Positions 10,606 to 20,682 of a stretch of 64,000 bases of DNA are shown here, piece by piece. Under the pieces are notes generated by a model that did not search any database, was not told the origin of the DNA, and saw only the letters and a list, made by a program, of their open reading frames with translations. Numbering within the stretch: position 1 is the first letter of the stretch; each line of letters begins with the position of its first letter. The position numbers and the translations under genes are program-made. The stretch comes from Rebecca billardiae RCC1528 (lineage: Eukaryota > Protista > Haptophyta), in contig OZ251222.1 in the NCBI GenBank assembly GCA_965240325.2, forward strand, positions 310,001-374,000, given 5' to 3'.

Positions 10606-11298
10606 ATGGGCGTCAACACCTCCAGAGCCGAGGACTCGAGCGCGCAGCCTCGGCTCTTCCCGACCGACCAGCTCGTGGCGGAATTGGACTCGGACAGGGA
10701 GCTGCTCGAGCGGTTCGGCAGCGCCGCGGTGCAGGAGGCCGCCGTCACCTCCTTCCACGAGATTCGACCGCGCCTCTACCTCGGCTCGATCGCCGCGGCG
10801 CTCGACCCGGACGAGGTGCACACGCAGCGGCTGACGCACGTCGTCAACTGCCTGCACGACTCCAACTGCAAGTTTCGAAGCGAGCTCCCGCCACCCGGGG
10901 CGCAGATGCAGTCGGCGGCTCCCGACTACGTGCCTGCGCCTCGGCTCACCTACCTCGCGCTGTGCCTGCAGGATGTGCCGTCGCAGCAGGTGCTGGGACA
11001 GCTGCCAGCGGCAGTTGACTTCATCCGCGATGCGCTCTCTGCAGACCCCTTGCACCGTGTCCTCGTGCACTGCATGGCGGGAGTGAGCCGCAGCGCCACG
11101 GTCGTGGTCGCCTACCTCATGACCGTCGAGGGGCTCAGCGCTGCACGCGCCCTGGCCGAGGTGCAGGCCAAGCGCTGTTGCTGCAACCCGAACAGCGGGT
11201 TCCGCTCGCAGCTCAAACAGTTTGAAGCGAGGTTGCAGCACTCCCGCGCGCAAGCGGGACTGCCTCCACTGCGCCAGCTCGACCATGACGTGGATTGA
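10606..11298 (+). CDS. Dual-specificity protein phosphatase
   Basis: Catalytic motif VLVHCMAGVSRSATVVVAYLM, plus LYLGS, THVVN and PNSGFRSQL. Confidence 0.92.
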   Translation: MGVNTSRAEDSSAQPRLFPTDQLVAELDSDRELLERFGSAAVQEAAVTSFHEIRPRLYLGSIAAALDPDEVHTQRLTHVVNCLHDSNCKFRSELPPPGAQMQSAAPDYVPAPRLTYLALCLQDVPSQQVLGQLPAAVDFIRDALSADPLHRVLVHCMAGVSRSATVVVAYLMTVEGLSAARALAEVQAKRCCCNPNSGFRSQLKQFEARLQHSRAQAGLPPLRQLDHDVD

Positions 11299-11751
11299 GC
11301 GTCCGCCGCTACTTGCGGCCATTCATCGCGGTACCGTCGTGCTGTAAAATTAAGGACTAAGGAGCAGTAGAAACTACGCAATCAAACCGCCGTAATCCGA
11401 AGGGCGGCAGTGATGATATAATTAATATATATATATATATATATATTTAACGACGTGGCAGCATCGGACAAGCGTCAGGCTCAGAGTGCAACAGACACAT
11501 AGAATGCGTCCGCGCCTTCCGTCCAGGTCAGACATTGCGCCACCCGCAGCCCTGCCCCCCTACGGGAGCGGGGCCGGGATGGAGCACCGCCTCGACCTGG
11601 GGCACGCGGACCGTCGCGGCGGCGACGGCAGATGGCACCGCCGCGGCCGAGCGCCTTCCGGAGCACTTGGATGAGGGTGAGGTCGTAGTCGATGTCGCTG
11701 CCCGCCGACCTAGCGGCGAGTAGCTCCGGCAAGCGGCAGCCGCATATATAT

Positions 11752-11853
<102 letters not shown>

Positions 11854-12082
11854 CTACGACTCAAATGCGCTTATTATATGTATTTATTCACACCTAATTA
11901 ATAAATCTACTTGCTAAGATAGACATATAGTAAATATAGTCGTTACAAAAATCCCCAAATAAAATTCATGCATGATCCTGCGCGCATGCATCATCCTCTT
12001 ATTATTTTATTTATAATATTTGATTTTGCGGAGCACGCGTGCGCCGCCCGTCCCGCCCCCCGCCCGCCCCGGCCCCCCGCCC

Positions 12083-12163
12083 CGGCTTTCGCGGCACGCT
12101 CACGGACCTTTCGGGGGGGGGGCGGCTTTCGCGGCACGCTCATCACGGACCTTTCGGGGGGGG
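12083..12163. repeat. ~40-bp tandem direct duplication
   Basis: cggctttcgcggcacgctca(tca)cggacctttcgggggggg occurs twice; the second copy has a 3-bp insertion. Confidence 0.8.
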
Positions 12164-12201
12164 TGCGCCATAATGTCGATCAAATATGGCACCGCGCATC
12201 G

Positions 12202-14994
12202 TCACTGCTGCTGCGGGTAATATTGTCGGCCGCCGTTAGCGGCGTTCGTGCCTGCGCCGTACGCACCCGGATGCGGGTAGTAGTGATGCTGTCCACACGC
12301 CGGGTGTGGCAGGGGTGGTGTTCCAGCCGCCTGAGGCGGCGCGGGCGCCATGCCCCACGCCTGCTGTCCCGGAGGCGCCGCAAAGCCGCCTTCCGCCGTC
12401 GCCTGCGGCGTCGCCGCGTGCGGCGGACAGTGCGCCCATGCCACGCCCCTCACCGCGTCGCCCGGCGCCACTGCACCGGCGCCGGCCTGCAGCTTCCACT
12501 CCGGCGAGTGAAGCGCTGGCTGCGGGTGTGGCGGGGAAGCGGCGGGCTGGCTCGTCATTGCGTACGGCTGCGGCGGCAGCTGGCCGTGCTGCACGGCGGT
12601 GGCGCTCGGCTGCGCCCCTGGCCGCATGCCTGGCTGCATCGGGCTCGGTGCCACTCCGATGGGCGGGCGGTGCGGCTGCACGTGGCCTGCTGGGGCGAGG
12701 TGAGGGCTGCCCGTGGTCCAAGCGCCGGCGCCCGCAGCGCACGACTGAGGCGGCCGCGCGCTACCCGACCCGCCTGGGCAGGCCCCATGCCCCGGCCAGG
12801 GCCCTGCCGCCGCCGCGGCGCACAGCGGCGGCGGCGGAGCTGCCGCCGCGTGCTGGTGCGCGCACGGCGCGGCGTCGTGCGCTGGACGCGCCGCCTCCAA
12901 GGGTCTGGCCGCTGCCGCCGACGCGGCCAGCGGCTGAGGAGGCTGCGGCACGCGCGGCGTTGGCGTGTACGCCGAGTGCGATGGTGGCTGCTGCGGCTGC
13001 TGCGGCTGCGGCGGCTGCGGCGGCTGCTGCGGCTGCGGCCGCTGCTGCGGCTGCGGCGGCGGCTGCGGCTGCGGCGGCTGCAGCTGCGGCTGCGGCTGCG
13101 GCGGCTGCGGCGGCTGCTGCGGCTGCGGCGGCTGCGGCTGCGGCTGCGGCTGCGGCTGCTGCGGTTGCCGCGGCGGCTGCGGGATTGGCATGCGTGCCGG
13201 CGGCTGCAACGGCTGCGGCGGCTGCGGCGGCGGCGGCTCGACGGGCGGCGCGCCTGCGCCGTTGGCGGCGGGCGCGGCGTCGTGCGCGGCGCTCGCGCTC
13301 GCCCTTGCCGCCGCCTTGGCGGCGCGCTTGGCGGCCGGGCGCGCGTCGGCGCGATCAGCACCGGCGCCCTCCTCAGTGGCGGCCCGCTCGTCGGGGGTAT
13401 CGGCGCGCGCGCGCTTCGCAGCGCCGGCAGCGGGCCTCTGCGCGTCGCGCCCGCCCGGCGCGGGCTCGGGCGGCGCGCGCTCGCCTAGCATCTCCGCGCG
13501 CGCGCGCTCGCACAGCTCGCGCAGCGCGGCGACGCGCTCGCTCGCGCGCTCCTGCAGCTGCGCGCGCGTGAGCTGCACCCGCTGCGCGAGCGCGAGCGCC
13601 AGCACCGTCTCGTGCGCCTCCTCCACGTCGTCGCGCTCCCACTGCTCGCGCAGCTCACGCACCGCGCACGCTTCCGCCTCGTGCAGCCGCGCCATCTCCT
13701 CCTCCTCGCCCCGCAGCGCGAGCAGCAGCTCGTCCTGCCGCACGCGCGCCGCGCGCTCGCGCTCGCGGCGCAAGGCCTCGGCCTGCATCTCACGCTCGCG
13801 CTCAAGCTGCCGGTGCTCGTCCTCCTGCGCGCGCGCGCGCGCGCGCGGGCGGCGGCGGGGGCGGCCGGCGGCAGATCGGCGCGCAGTGGCGCGGGGGCGG
13901 CGCGCGGCGCGTGCATGCGGCGGCGCACGCCCTGCTGCCCCGCTCGCACCCCGCGCCGCTCGCGCGCGGGCGCGCGTGCGTGCGTGGGCGTGCGCGTCCG
14001 CGTGCACCCCGCCTGTGCGCAGCACACACCTGCTGCTCAGCCTGCAGCCGTGACAGCCTCTCAGCTTCGCGTAGCTGCTGCCGCGCGGAGAGACGGTGCG
14101 AAGGGGCGGCGGCGGCGCGCTGGCCCTGCCGCGCGGAGCGCTCGCGCCGCGCCTCGAGCGGCTCGACGTGCTCCTCCACCAGCTCCTCCAGCGCGGCGCA
14201 CAGCCGCCGCTCCTCTGCGTTCCGCCCGCCGAGCGCAGCCGCCGCCTCTCGCCACGCGCGCGAGGAGCGCGCCACCTCCGCCCAGCAGTGCTCGGTCGGC
14301 CTGCCCGCGGCGGGGCCGCGCGCGTACCCCTTGCACGTCTCGCGGAAGAGGAACTCGTCGTCGAAGTGGTAGTACGCGTTCTTATTCGCGTCATAGCCCA
14401 CGGGCTCCGCGCGCTGCGCGCGCGCGCGCACATCAACACGCCAACGTCGCGCTTGCACGTCAAGAGCGCGCGCGGCCGGCTGGCGAGCGCGAGCGCGCGC
14501 GCGCCGGGGCATATGCGCGCCATCGGCGGCGCGCGGGCAGCGCGTACCATCGCACCGGCGTCGCCGTTCAGGTGCCGCAGGTCGTCGACGTTCACCTCGG
14601 GCGCCGCTGCCTCGCACAGCGCGAGCAGGAGCAGCGCGCGCTCGTGCGGCGACAGCTGCGCGTAGCCCCCGGCCGTCACGCGCGCGCGCAGCGCGTCGTC
14701 GAGCACGACGACGCCCGAGCGCACGAGGCCGACGAGCTCGGCGTACCACACGTCCCCCTCCGGGCGCTCCGCCGCGTCCGGCCGCATCAGCCGCCAGTGC
14801 AGGTCGGGCAGCACCGCAGTCGAGTACGGGAACACGAGCGCGCGCTCGAGCTCCTCGCGACGGAGCGAGCCGAGGCGGAAGTACGGGCCGAAGACGCGGA
14901 CGAACTGGTAGCACGCGGCGACCTCCCAGCTCGAGGGGCGCGCCTCGCCGCCGTTGCCCTCGGCGGCAGCGGCGGGCGCCTCCTCGCGCTCCAT
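12202..14994 (-). CDS. DDT/WHIM-domain chromatin-remodelling factor (RSF1/CECR2/Ioc3-like) with Q/P-rich tail
   Basis: Exons approx. 14994-14548, 14413-14030, 13824-12202. DDT-like SWEVAACYQFVRVFG...ELERAL, WHIM1-like YAQLSPHERALLLLALCE, WHIM2-like RAEPVGYDANKNAYYHF. Coiled coil and poly-QP region follow. Confidence 0.75.
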   Translation of the reverse strand: MEREEAPAAAAEGNGGEARPSSWEVAACYQFVRVFGPYFRLGSLRREELERALVFPYSTAVLPDLHWRLMRPDAAERPEGDVWYAELVGLVRSGVVVLDDALRARVTAGGYAQLSPHERALLLLALCEAAAPEVNVDDLRHLNGDAGAMVRAARAPPMARICPGARALALASRPRALLTCKRDVGVLMCARARSARSPWAMTRIRTRTTTSTTSSSSARRARGTRAAPPRAGRPSTAGRRWRAPRARGERRRLRSAGGTQRSGGCAPRWRSWWRSTSSRSRRGASAPRGRASAPPPPLRTVSPRGSSYAKLRGCHGCRLSSRCVLRTGGVHADAHAHARTRARARAARGASGAAGRAPPHARAARRPRATARRSAAGRPRRRPRARARAQEDEHRQLEREREMQAEALRRERERAARVRQDELLLALRGEEEEMARLHEAEACAVRELREQWERDDVEEAHETVLALALAQRVQLTRAQLQERASERVAALRELCERARAEMLGERAPPEPAPGGRDAQRPAAGAAKRARADTPDERAATEEGAGADRADARPAAKRAAKAAARASASAAHDAAPAANGAGAPPVEPPPPQPPQPLQPPARMPIPQPPRQPQQPQPQPQPQPPQPQQPPQPPQPQPQLQPPQPQPPPQPQQRPQPQQPPQPPQPQQPQQPPSHSAYTPTPRVPQPPQPLAASAAAARPLEAARPAHDAAPCAHQHAAAAPPPPLCAAAAAGPWPGHGACPGGSGSARPPQSCAAGAGAWTTGSPHLAPAGHVQPHRPPIGVAPSPMQPGMRPGAQPSATAVQHGQLPPQPYAMTSQPAASPPHPQPALHSPEWKLQAGAGAVAPGDAVRGVAWAHCPPHAATPQATAEGGFAAPPGQQAWGMAPAPPQAAGTPPLPHPACGQHHYYPHPGAYGAGTNAANGGRQYYPQQQ

Positions 14995-15091
14995 GGCGAG
15001 ATTCACGCGGCAGCGCACCGGCAGCCCTTGCCCGTCAGCGCACGGTGGTGCTGGGTGATGAGCGCCGTTGAGGCTGGTGGCAGCCGTCAGC

Positions 15092-16369
15092 ATGGCGGCG
15101 GTTGCTTCGTCGGAAACGCCTGATGCCTTCGCGCTCGGCACGCCGATCACGCTGCCGGGCGGCGAGTCGGGCGTGGTGAGGCTAGGTGAGGAGGAGTCGG
15201 GTCTCGTGCTCGCCCAGCTCAGGGATGGCACGTCCACGTGGGCCTTCGCCGCCGACTGCCGGCGGCGGCACGTCGCGGCGACGGCGGCTGCGGCGGCTGC
15301 GGCGCCCGCCGGCCATGCGCCGCCAGCCGCGCCCTCACGCAAGGCGCAGCCGCGCCCAAAGGCGGCGCTCGCGGGCGCGTCGTCGGCATCGTCCGCGCCG
15401 CGCCTCGCCGAGCCCGAGGCGGCGCCCGGCCTCTCCGTCGGCACGCTCCGCTGGGCGCCTGATCATCGGTGGCCGCAGCTCGGCGCGCCGGTGTGGAAGG
15501 CGCCGCCGCAGATGCTGGGGAGCGGGTGGCACGCGTACATCGAGGCGCGGCTCGGGCACCGGGCGGACGCGAGCGGTAGGATAAAGATCGATGGATCGCT
15601 CATCGACGGCCTCTCGTACCCGCTCTCGCTCGTGCATGCGCTACGACTGCTCGGCGCGCGCGCGCCGCAGCACGTGCCCGCGCTTGCGGGCGCGCGGCTG
15701 CGCGTCGTGGTGGCAGGCGCGTCCGTCAAGGTGGAGGAGCGGCTGCTGCGCGAGACGGACTACTGGCTGGAGCTGGCGCACCTGCTGCCCGAGGTGGCGC
15801 ACGTCGAGCTCATCCTCGTCGGCCCCGAGGTCTCCGCCGCCGGCGCGGCGGCCGGCGTGCGCGAGCTCGGCGCGCGCGTGTCGGCGCGATGCCACCGCGG
15901 CAGGCTGGGAGACGTGCTCGCGTCGTGCTCGCCCGCCGACACGGTGGTCTTCGGGTGCAACACGGGGTGCGGGAGCGGCATCGGCGAGCTGATGTGGAGC
16001 TGGACGCCCGAGCTGCTGCGCATCGCCGCGGAGGGCTTCCTCGCCGTCTTCACCTGCGCCAACGACTACTCCGACCTGCGCGGCGAGGTCAACCTGCTCA
16101 AGCTGCTCAAGTGCCGCACCGTGCTGCCGCCGCTCAAGAACCCGTTCGAGGCGGCGACCGTCGTGAAGGAGCCGGGCGAGACGCGCGACGAGGACGGCGA
16201 CCTGCGCGTGGAATGGTCGCGCTCGAGCGCGTACGTCTACGCTGTACGCGGCCTGGAGCACGTCGCCGCCGCGCGCGTTGCGGCGAGCGACCCCGCCAAG
16301 CTCGAGCAGGCTGTGCTCGCGCTCGCCGCAAAGCTGCGCCAGACGCAGGTCGTGTCCAAGGTGCCGTAA
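15092..16369 (+). CDS. MSS51 C-terminal-like domain protein
   Basis: LSYPLSL...LRVVVAGAS...E...WLELAHLLP...VELILVGPE...FGCNTG...NPF matches the MSS51/ZMYND15 C-terminal pattern. No MYND finger is visible. Confidence 0.7.
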   Translation: MAAVASSETPDAFALGTPITLPGGESGVVRLGEEESGLVLAQLRDGTSTWAFAADCRRRHVAATAAAAAAAPAGHAPPAAPSRKAQPRPKAALAGASSASSAPRLAEPEAAPGLSVGTLRWAPDHRWPQLGAPVWKAPPQMLGSGWHAYIEARLGHRADASGRIKIDGSLIDGLSYPLSLVHALRLLGARAPQHVPALAGARLRVVVAGASVKVEERLLRETDYWLELAHLLPEVAHVELILVGPEVSAAGAAAGVRELGARVSARCHRGRLGDVLASCSPADTVVFGCNTGCGSGIGELMWSWTPELLRIAAEGFLAVFTCANDYSDLRGEVNLLKLLKCRTVLPPLKNPFEAATVVKEPGETRDEDGDLRVEWSRSSAYVYAVRGLEHVAAARVAASDPAKLEQAVLALAAKLRQTQVVSKVP

Positions 16370-16658
16370 CGACATTAGCGCAGTCTGATCGCGGTCTGAT
16401 GTTTGATTGAACGCTCGGCGCTGCCATATGATTCAAGGCTGCTCCGCGTGACCGCCTGCCCACCCTGGTAAAGGTAATGGACCCTCATGTTGCTATGTAT
16501 CCGCGGGGCCCGAGTAGTTATCCGATGACGGCCTGACCGTGTGACCGTCTGACGGGGCGTCCTCCAGTCCTCGGAAACGCCTCGCCACACGGCCTGGGCG
16601 CGACATGCTCGTGTGCAGCGCGCCGGCGAGGCGGACGACGCAGCGCGGCCAGTCGCAC

Positions 16659-16913
16659 TCATCTGGCCGCGTCGCGCTCGTTCGCGGCACCGCGGTGAGT
16701 GTGGTGGCGTGCCGTCGCGGCGTAGTCGACGAGCAGCAGCAGGAAGAAGCACCGCCACATCGGGAGGCTCACGTTGAGCCAGCTGTACCAGCGGTATTTC
16801 ACCAGCCGCTCGTGCAGGCTGGAGTGGGAGATCCCGAAGGCGCCAGCGAGCCCGGCGAGGTATCCGAGCGGCTCCAAGTAGGTCTCATGACCCTTCTCCG
16901 CGGGCGCCGCCAT
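16659..16913 (-). CDS. Small hypothetical membrane protein (84 aa)
   Basis: MAAPAEKGHETYLEPLGYLAG... has normal composition, GC-ending codons and a hydrophobic segment (WLNVSLPMWRCFFLLLLVDY). It lies between two genes, divergent from AACS. Confidence 0.5.
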   Translation of the reverse strand: MAAPAEKGHETYLEPLGYLAGLAGAFGISHSSLHERLVKYRWYSWLNVSLPMWRCFFLLLLVDYAATARHHTHRGAANERDAAR

Positions 16914-16989
16914 CGTTTTCGTCCCCGACACAGCCGACACACGTCATTGCCTCATGGTGACGAACTGGGGCGGCGCCAGCAGCGGACGG

Positions 16990-19444
16990 ATGCTCGCTCG
17001 ATGCGCGCGGCTGGCGAGGCCGCGCGCATGCCGGTCGCGCGCCCTCAGCGGCGGCGCCGGCGAGGCGCGCGTGCTGTGGAAGCCGGACACGCGCGCCTCG
17101 GCCGCGTCGAACATGTCGGCGTTCGCGCGCTTCGTCGAGCAGCGCGAGCGCGTCGCCGTGCCGGATTACGACGCGCTGCATGCCTGGTCGGTCGCGGACG
17201 TGGGCAAGTTCTGGGGGGCGCTGTGGGACTTTTGCGACGTGCGCTGCTCGGCGCCGTACACGTCGGTCGTCGATGATCCGCGGCGCATGCCCGGCGCGCG
17301 CTGGTTCGCCGGCGCGCGCCTGAACTTCGCCGAAAATCTGCTGCGGCACGGCTCGCCGGCGGTGCCCGCCAGCCAGCGCGCGCGGCTCGCGTACATCGCG
17401 TACGACGAGACGAGCACGGGCGCGCGCACGTGGACGTACGAGCAGCTCTGGGACGACGTCTCCGACCTCGCCCGCGCGCTGCGCGCCGCGGGCGTCCGCC
17501 CCGGCGACCGCGTCGCGGGCGTGCTGCCGAACACACCCGAGTCCGCCATCGCGATGCTCGCGAGCGTCGCAGTGGGCGCGTCGTGGGCGTCGTGCAGCCC
17601 GGAGTTCGGCGTGGACGCGGTGGTCGACCGGTTGGCGCAGGTGCGCCCGCGCGTGCTCTTCGCCGTCGACACCACCTTCTACCGCGGCAAGCGCATCGCG
17701 CTGCTCGACAAGCTGAAGGGCATCACGGCCAAGCTGGCGGAGGAGGGCACGCCGGTGCCGCTCACCGTGCTGAGTCCTTACACGTGGGCGCACGAGCCGG
17801 CGGCCGAGCTGCCCGCGCTGCCGAGCACGGAGGCGCGGGCGTACCACGAGCTTGTGCGCGAGGCGGCCGCGCAGCCCGACCGGGGCGCGCTCGAGTTCGC
17901 GCAGCGCGCATTCGACGACGAGGTGCGGCCACACGCCCGGCGCGCGCGCGCCGGAGTAGGAGTAGGAGTAGGAGTAGGAGTAGGCATAGGAGTAGGCGCC
18001 GCTCGGAGGGAGGAGCGGGCGCGCGGCACCGCCCCTGGCTCGCCCACGCGCCCACGCGCCGCGCGCGCGCGCTCGGTGCGTTGCGGGCAGGTGTACATCA
18101 TGTTCTCGTCGGGCACGACGGGCAGGCCCAAGTGCATGGCGCAGGGCGCGGGCGTGCTCCTGCAGCACCTGAAGGAGCTCGTGCTGCACACCGACCTGCG
18201 CGCTGACGAGCGCGTCTTCTACTTCTCCACGCTCGCCTGGTGCGCGCACCAGCCGGTCCGGGGCGCGGCGCGCGGGCTGGGAGGAGGGGCGGGGCGGGCG
18301 GCTGGGGCCGGGGACGGGCAGCACGGGCTCGAGCCCGCGCCCGCGCTCCGCGCGCGCGCTCCACGCGCGCCCCGCCCGCCACCGCGCGCGCAGGATGATG
18401 TGGAACTGGTCAACCTCGGCGCTGGCGACGGGCGCGACACTGGTGACGTACGACGGAGACCCGGCGTACCCCACGCCCGATCGGCTGTGGCGGATGGCGG
18501 CGGAGGCGCGGCTGAACGTCTTCGGCACGAGCGCGCGGTACCTCGCGGCGCAGCAGGCGGCGGGCGTCGCGCTGGAGCCGCTCGATCTGCCGCACCTGCG
18601 CGCCATCCTCTCCACCGGCTCGCCCGCGTCAGACGGCGTGTTTGAGTACGCGGCGCGCGCGGGCGGCCGGCCGGGCGGCGTGCAGCTCGCCAGCATCTGC
18701 GGAGGCACCGACCTGAACGGGTGCTTCGCGCTCGGCAACCCGCTCCTGCCGGTGCGCGTGGGCGAGCTGCAGTGCCTCGGCCTCGGGATGGACGTGGCCA
18801 TCTTCGACCACGCGGGCGACGAGCTCCCCGCGGGCACGCGCGGCGAGCTCGTCTGCCGCCAGGCGTTCCCGTCGATGCCGTTGCGCTTCCTCGGCGACGA
18901 CGGCGAGGACTCGCGCTACCGCGCGGCGTACTTCGAGGAGTTCGGGGGGACGGTGTGGTGCCACGGCGACTTCGCCGAGCGGACGCACTCGGGCGGCGTC
19001 ATCGTCCACGGGCGCTCGGACGCGACGCTGAACCCGGGCGGCGTGCGCATCGGCACGGCCGACATCTACCGCGTGCTCGAGGCGCACGTGCGCGCGGTCG
19101 AGGATGCGGTGGTGGTCGGGCAGGACTGCGTGCTGCCGGACGGGACGCCGGATGTGCGCGTGCTCCTCTTCGTCAAGATGCCTGACGGCGGGCGCCTCAC
19201 CGACGCGCTCGAGGCGGAGATCCGAACGGCGATACGCACGCACGCGTCGCCGCGGCACGTGCCCGCGCGCGTGCTCGTTTGCGACGACATCCCGTACACG
19301 ACCAACGGGAAGAAAGTCGAGGTCGCGGTGAAGCGCGCGATCGACGGTCAGGTGATCACCAACCGCGCCGCCCTCGCAAACCCGGAGTCTCTCGCGTTCT
19401 TCGAGGCGTTCGGCGCGGCGGCCCTGGACGGTGGGCCTGATTGA
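16990..19444 (+). CDS. AACS: Acetoacetyl-CoA synthetase (acetoacetate-CoA ligase), probable mitochondrial presequence
   Basis: Exons 16990-17922, 18091-18239, 18394-19444. [73 protein letters not shown] and [12 protein letters not shown]. Arg-rich N-terminus. Confidence 0.93.
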
Positions 19445-20125
19445 GTTCGATTCGGAACTCGGAACGGATACCTTGCTTTATGAAGAATATTAATATAGCG
19501 CGCCTGAATGGCCCTTAAAAACCGGATAGGAACCGATTGTTCCAGAGTTGTTCAAGACGAGACTTCCGCTTGACCACCTACTAATACCCTCAATCGAAAT
19601 TACTCATCGAACCTCCGCCTGTGGATCCGAAGCCGTTTTTTAATCGGACAGTAGATAATTGCGACTTGGTCAGCGGTTAGCATTTGATAAGTAGCGGTTC
19701 GATACCACGATGAGTTCATATGACCCGCAGGAGAGTTCAACGAGAGTACCCAATTTAAATAGAGCAAAACATCAAAGCACAGCCAATCGCTGGAGCTCTG
19801 CTGGCACCAACCGATGGATGGAACCGATCTACCCGCGCCGAAGCCAAGCCGTAAATCATCTTCACTACAACTTCCGCATCCGCAGTTGCCCAAGCAGCGC
19901 TTCCCGAAGCATCGTATTTTGTGGACTCGGGCAGTGGTCAGTGGCAGCGGCCGCCGCCGCGACTTGCCGCGGCTTGCTCGCCGCACAATAATCCGCCGAG
20001 GCCGAGCCGCCCTCCACTCACAATTGCCAGCTAGCCCCTCCCGGCTCGGGCGGCATCTGGACACACTCAAGAGCCCACCCGACAGCGCTCTTTGGCCCCC
20101 GCGCGCTCGCTCGGGCACGGCCAGA

Positions 20126-20642
20126 ATGGCAGCGCGAAGGTCGCGGCTGCTGGTGCTCGGGCTCCCGCCCGACGCCCGCCTCGGCGGCGTCGAAGCCCTG
20201 CTCTTTGAACTCAACGCGCGGCACGTCGTGCGCGTGGACATGCGAGACGGGTTTGCGATGGTCGACCTCGGCGACCCGGAGGATGTGCGGCTGTGCATCG
20301 GTCGGCATAGCGTGATGGGGCGAACCATCATCATCATCGAACCGAGCGACGCCATCGAGCACGAGATCGAGACCACTGGACGCGTGCCTCCCGCACTCGC
20401 GCAGCAGGTCGCGATGCTGCAACCAACGACCGCCATCGCGAGCGAGATGCAGCAGGCGGCCGCGGCGCAGGTGCGCGTGAGTCACCAGCGGGTGGCCTCG
20501 GACTCGCAGCTCTTGCGGATTGGCAACAAGCGCCTCCGCACGGACATGCTTCCGGGCATGCCGCTCGACCCGAATCTGCCCGCGCACGTGCTCGCGCGCG
20601 TGGGTGGCGCGGGCATGTACCCGATGGGCGGCGGCGGCGGCA

Positions 20643-20682
<40 letters not shown>

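Noticed and set aside
12965-13230. Apparent metallothionein-like Cys/Gly-rich ORF on the plus strand
   Set aside because: It is the reverse complement of the CAG/CCG (Gln/Pro) tract in the minus-strand DDT gene.
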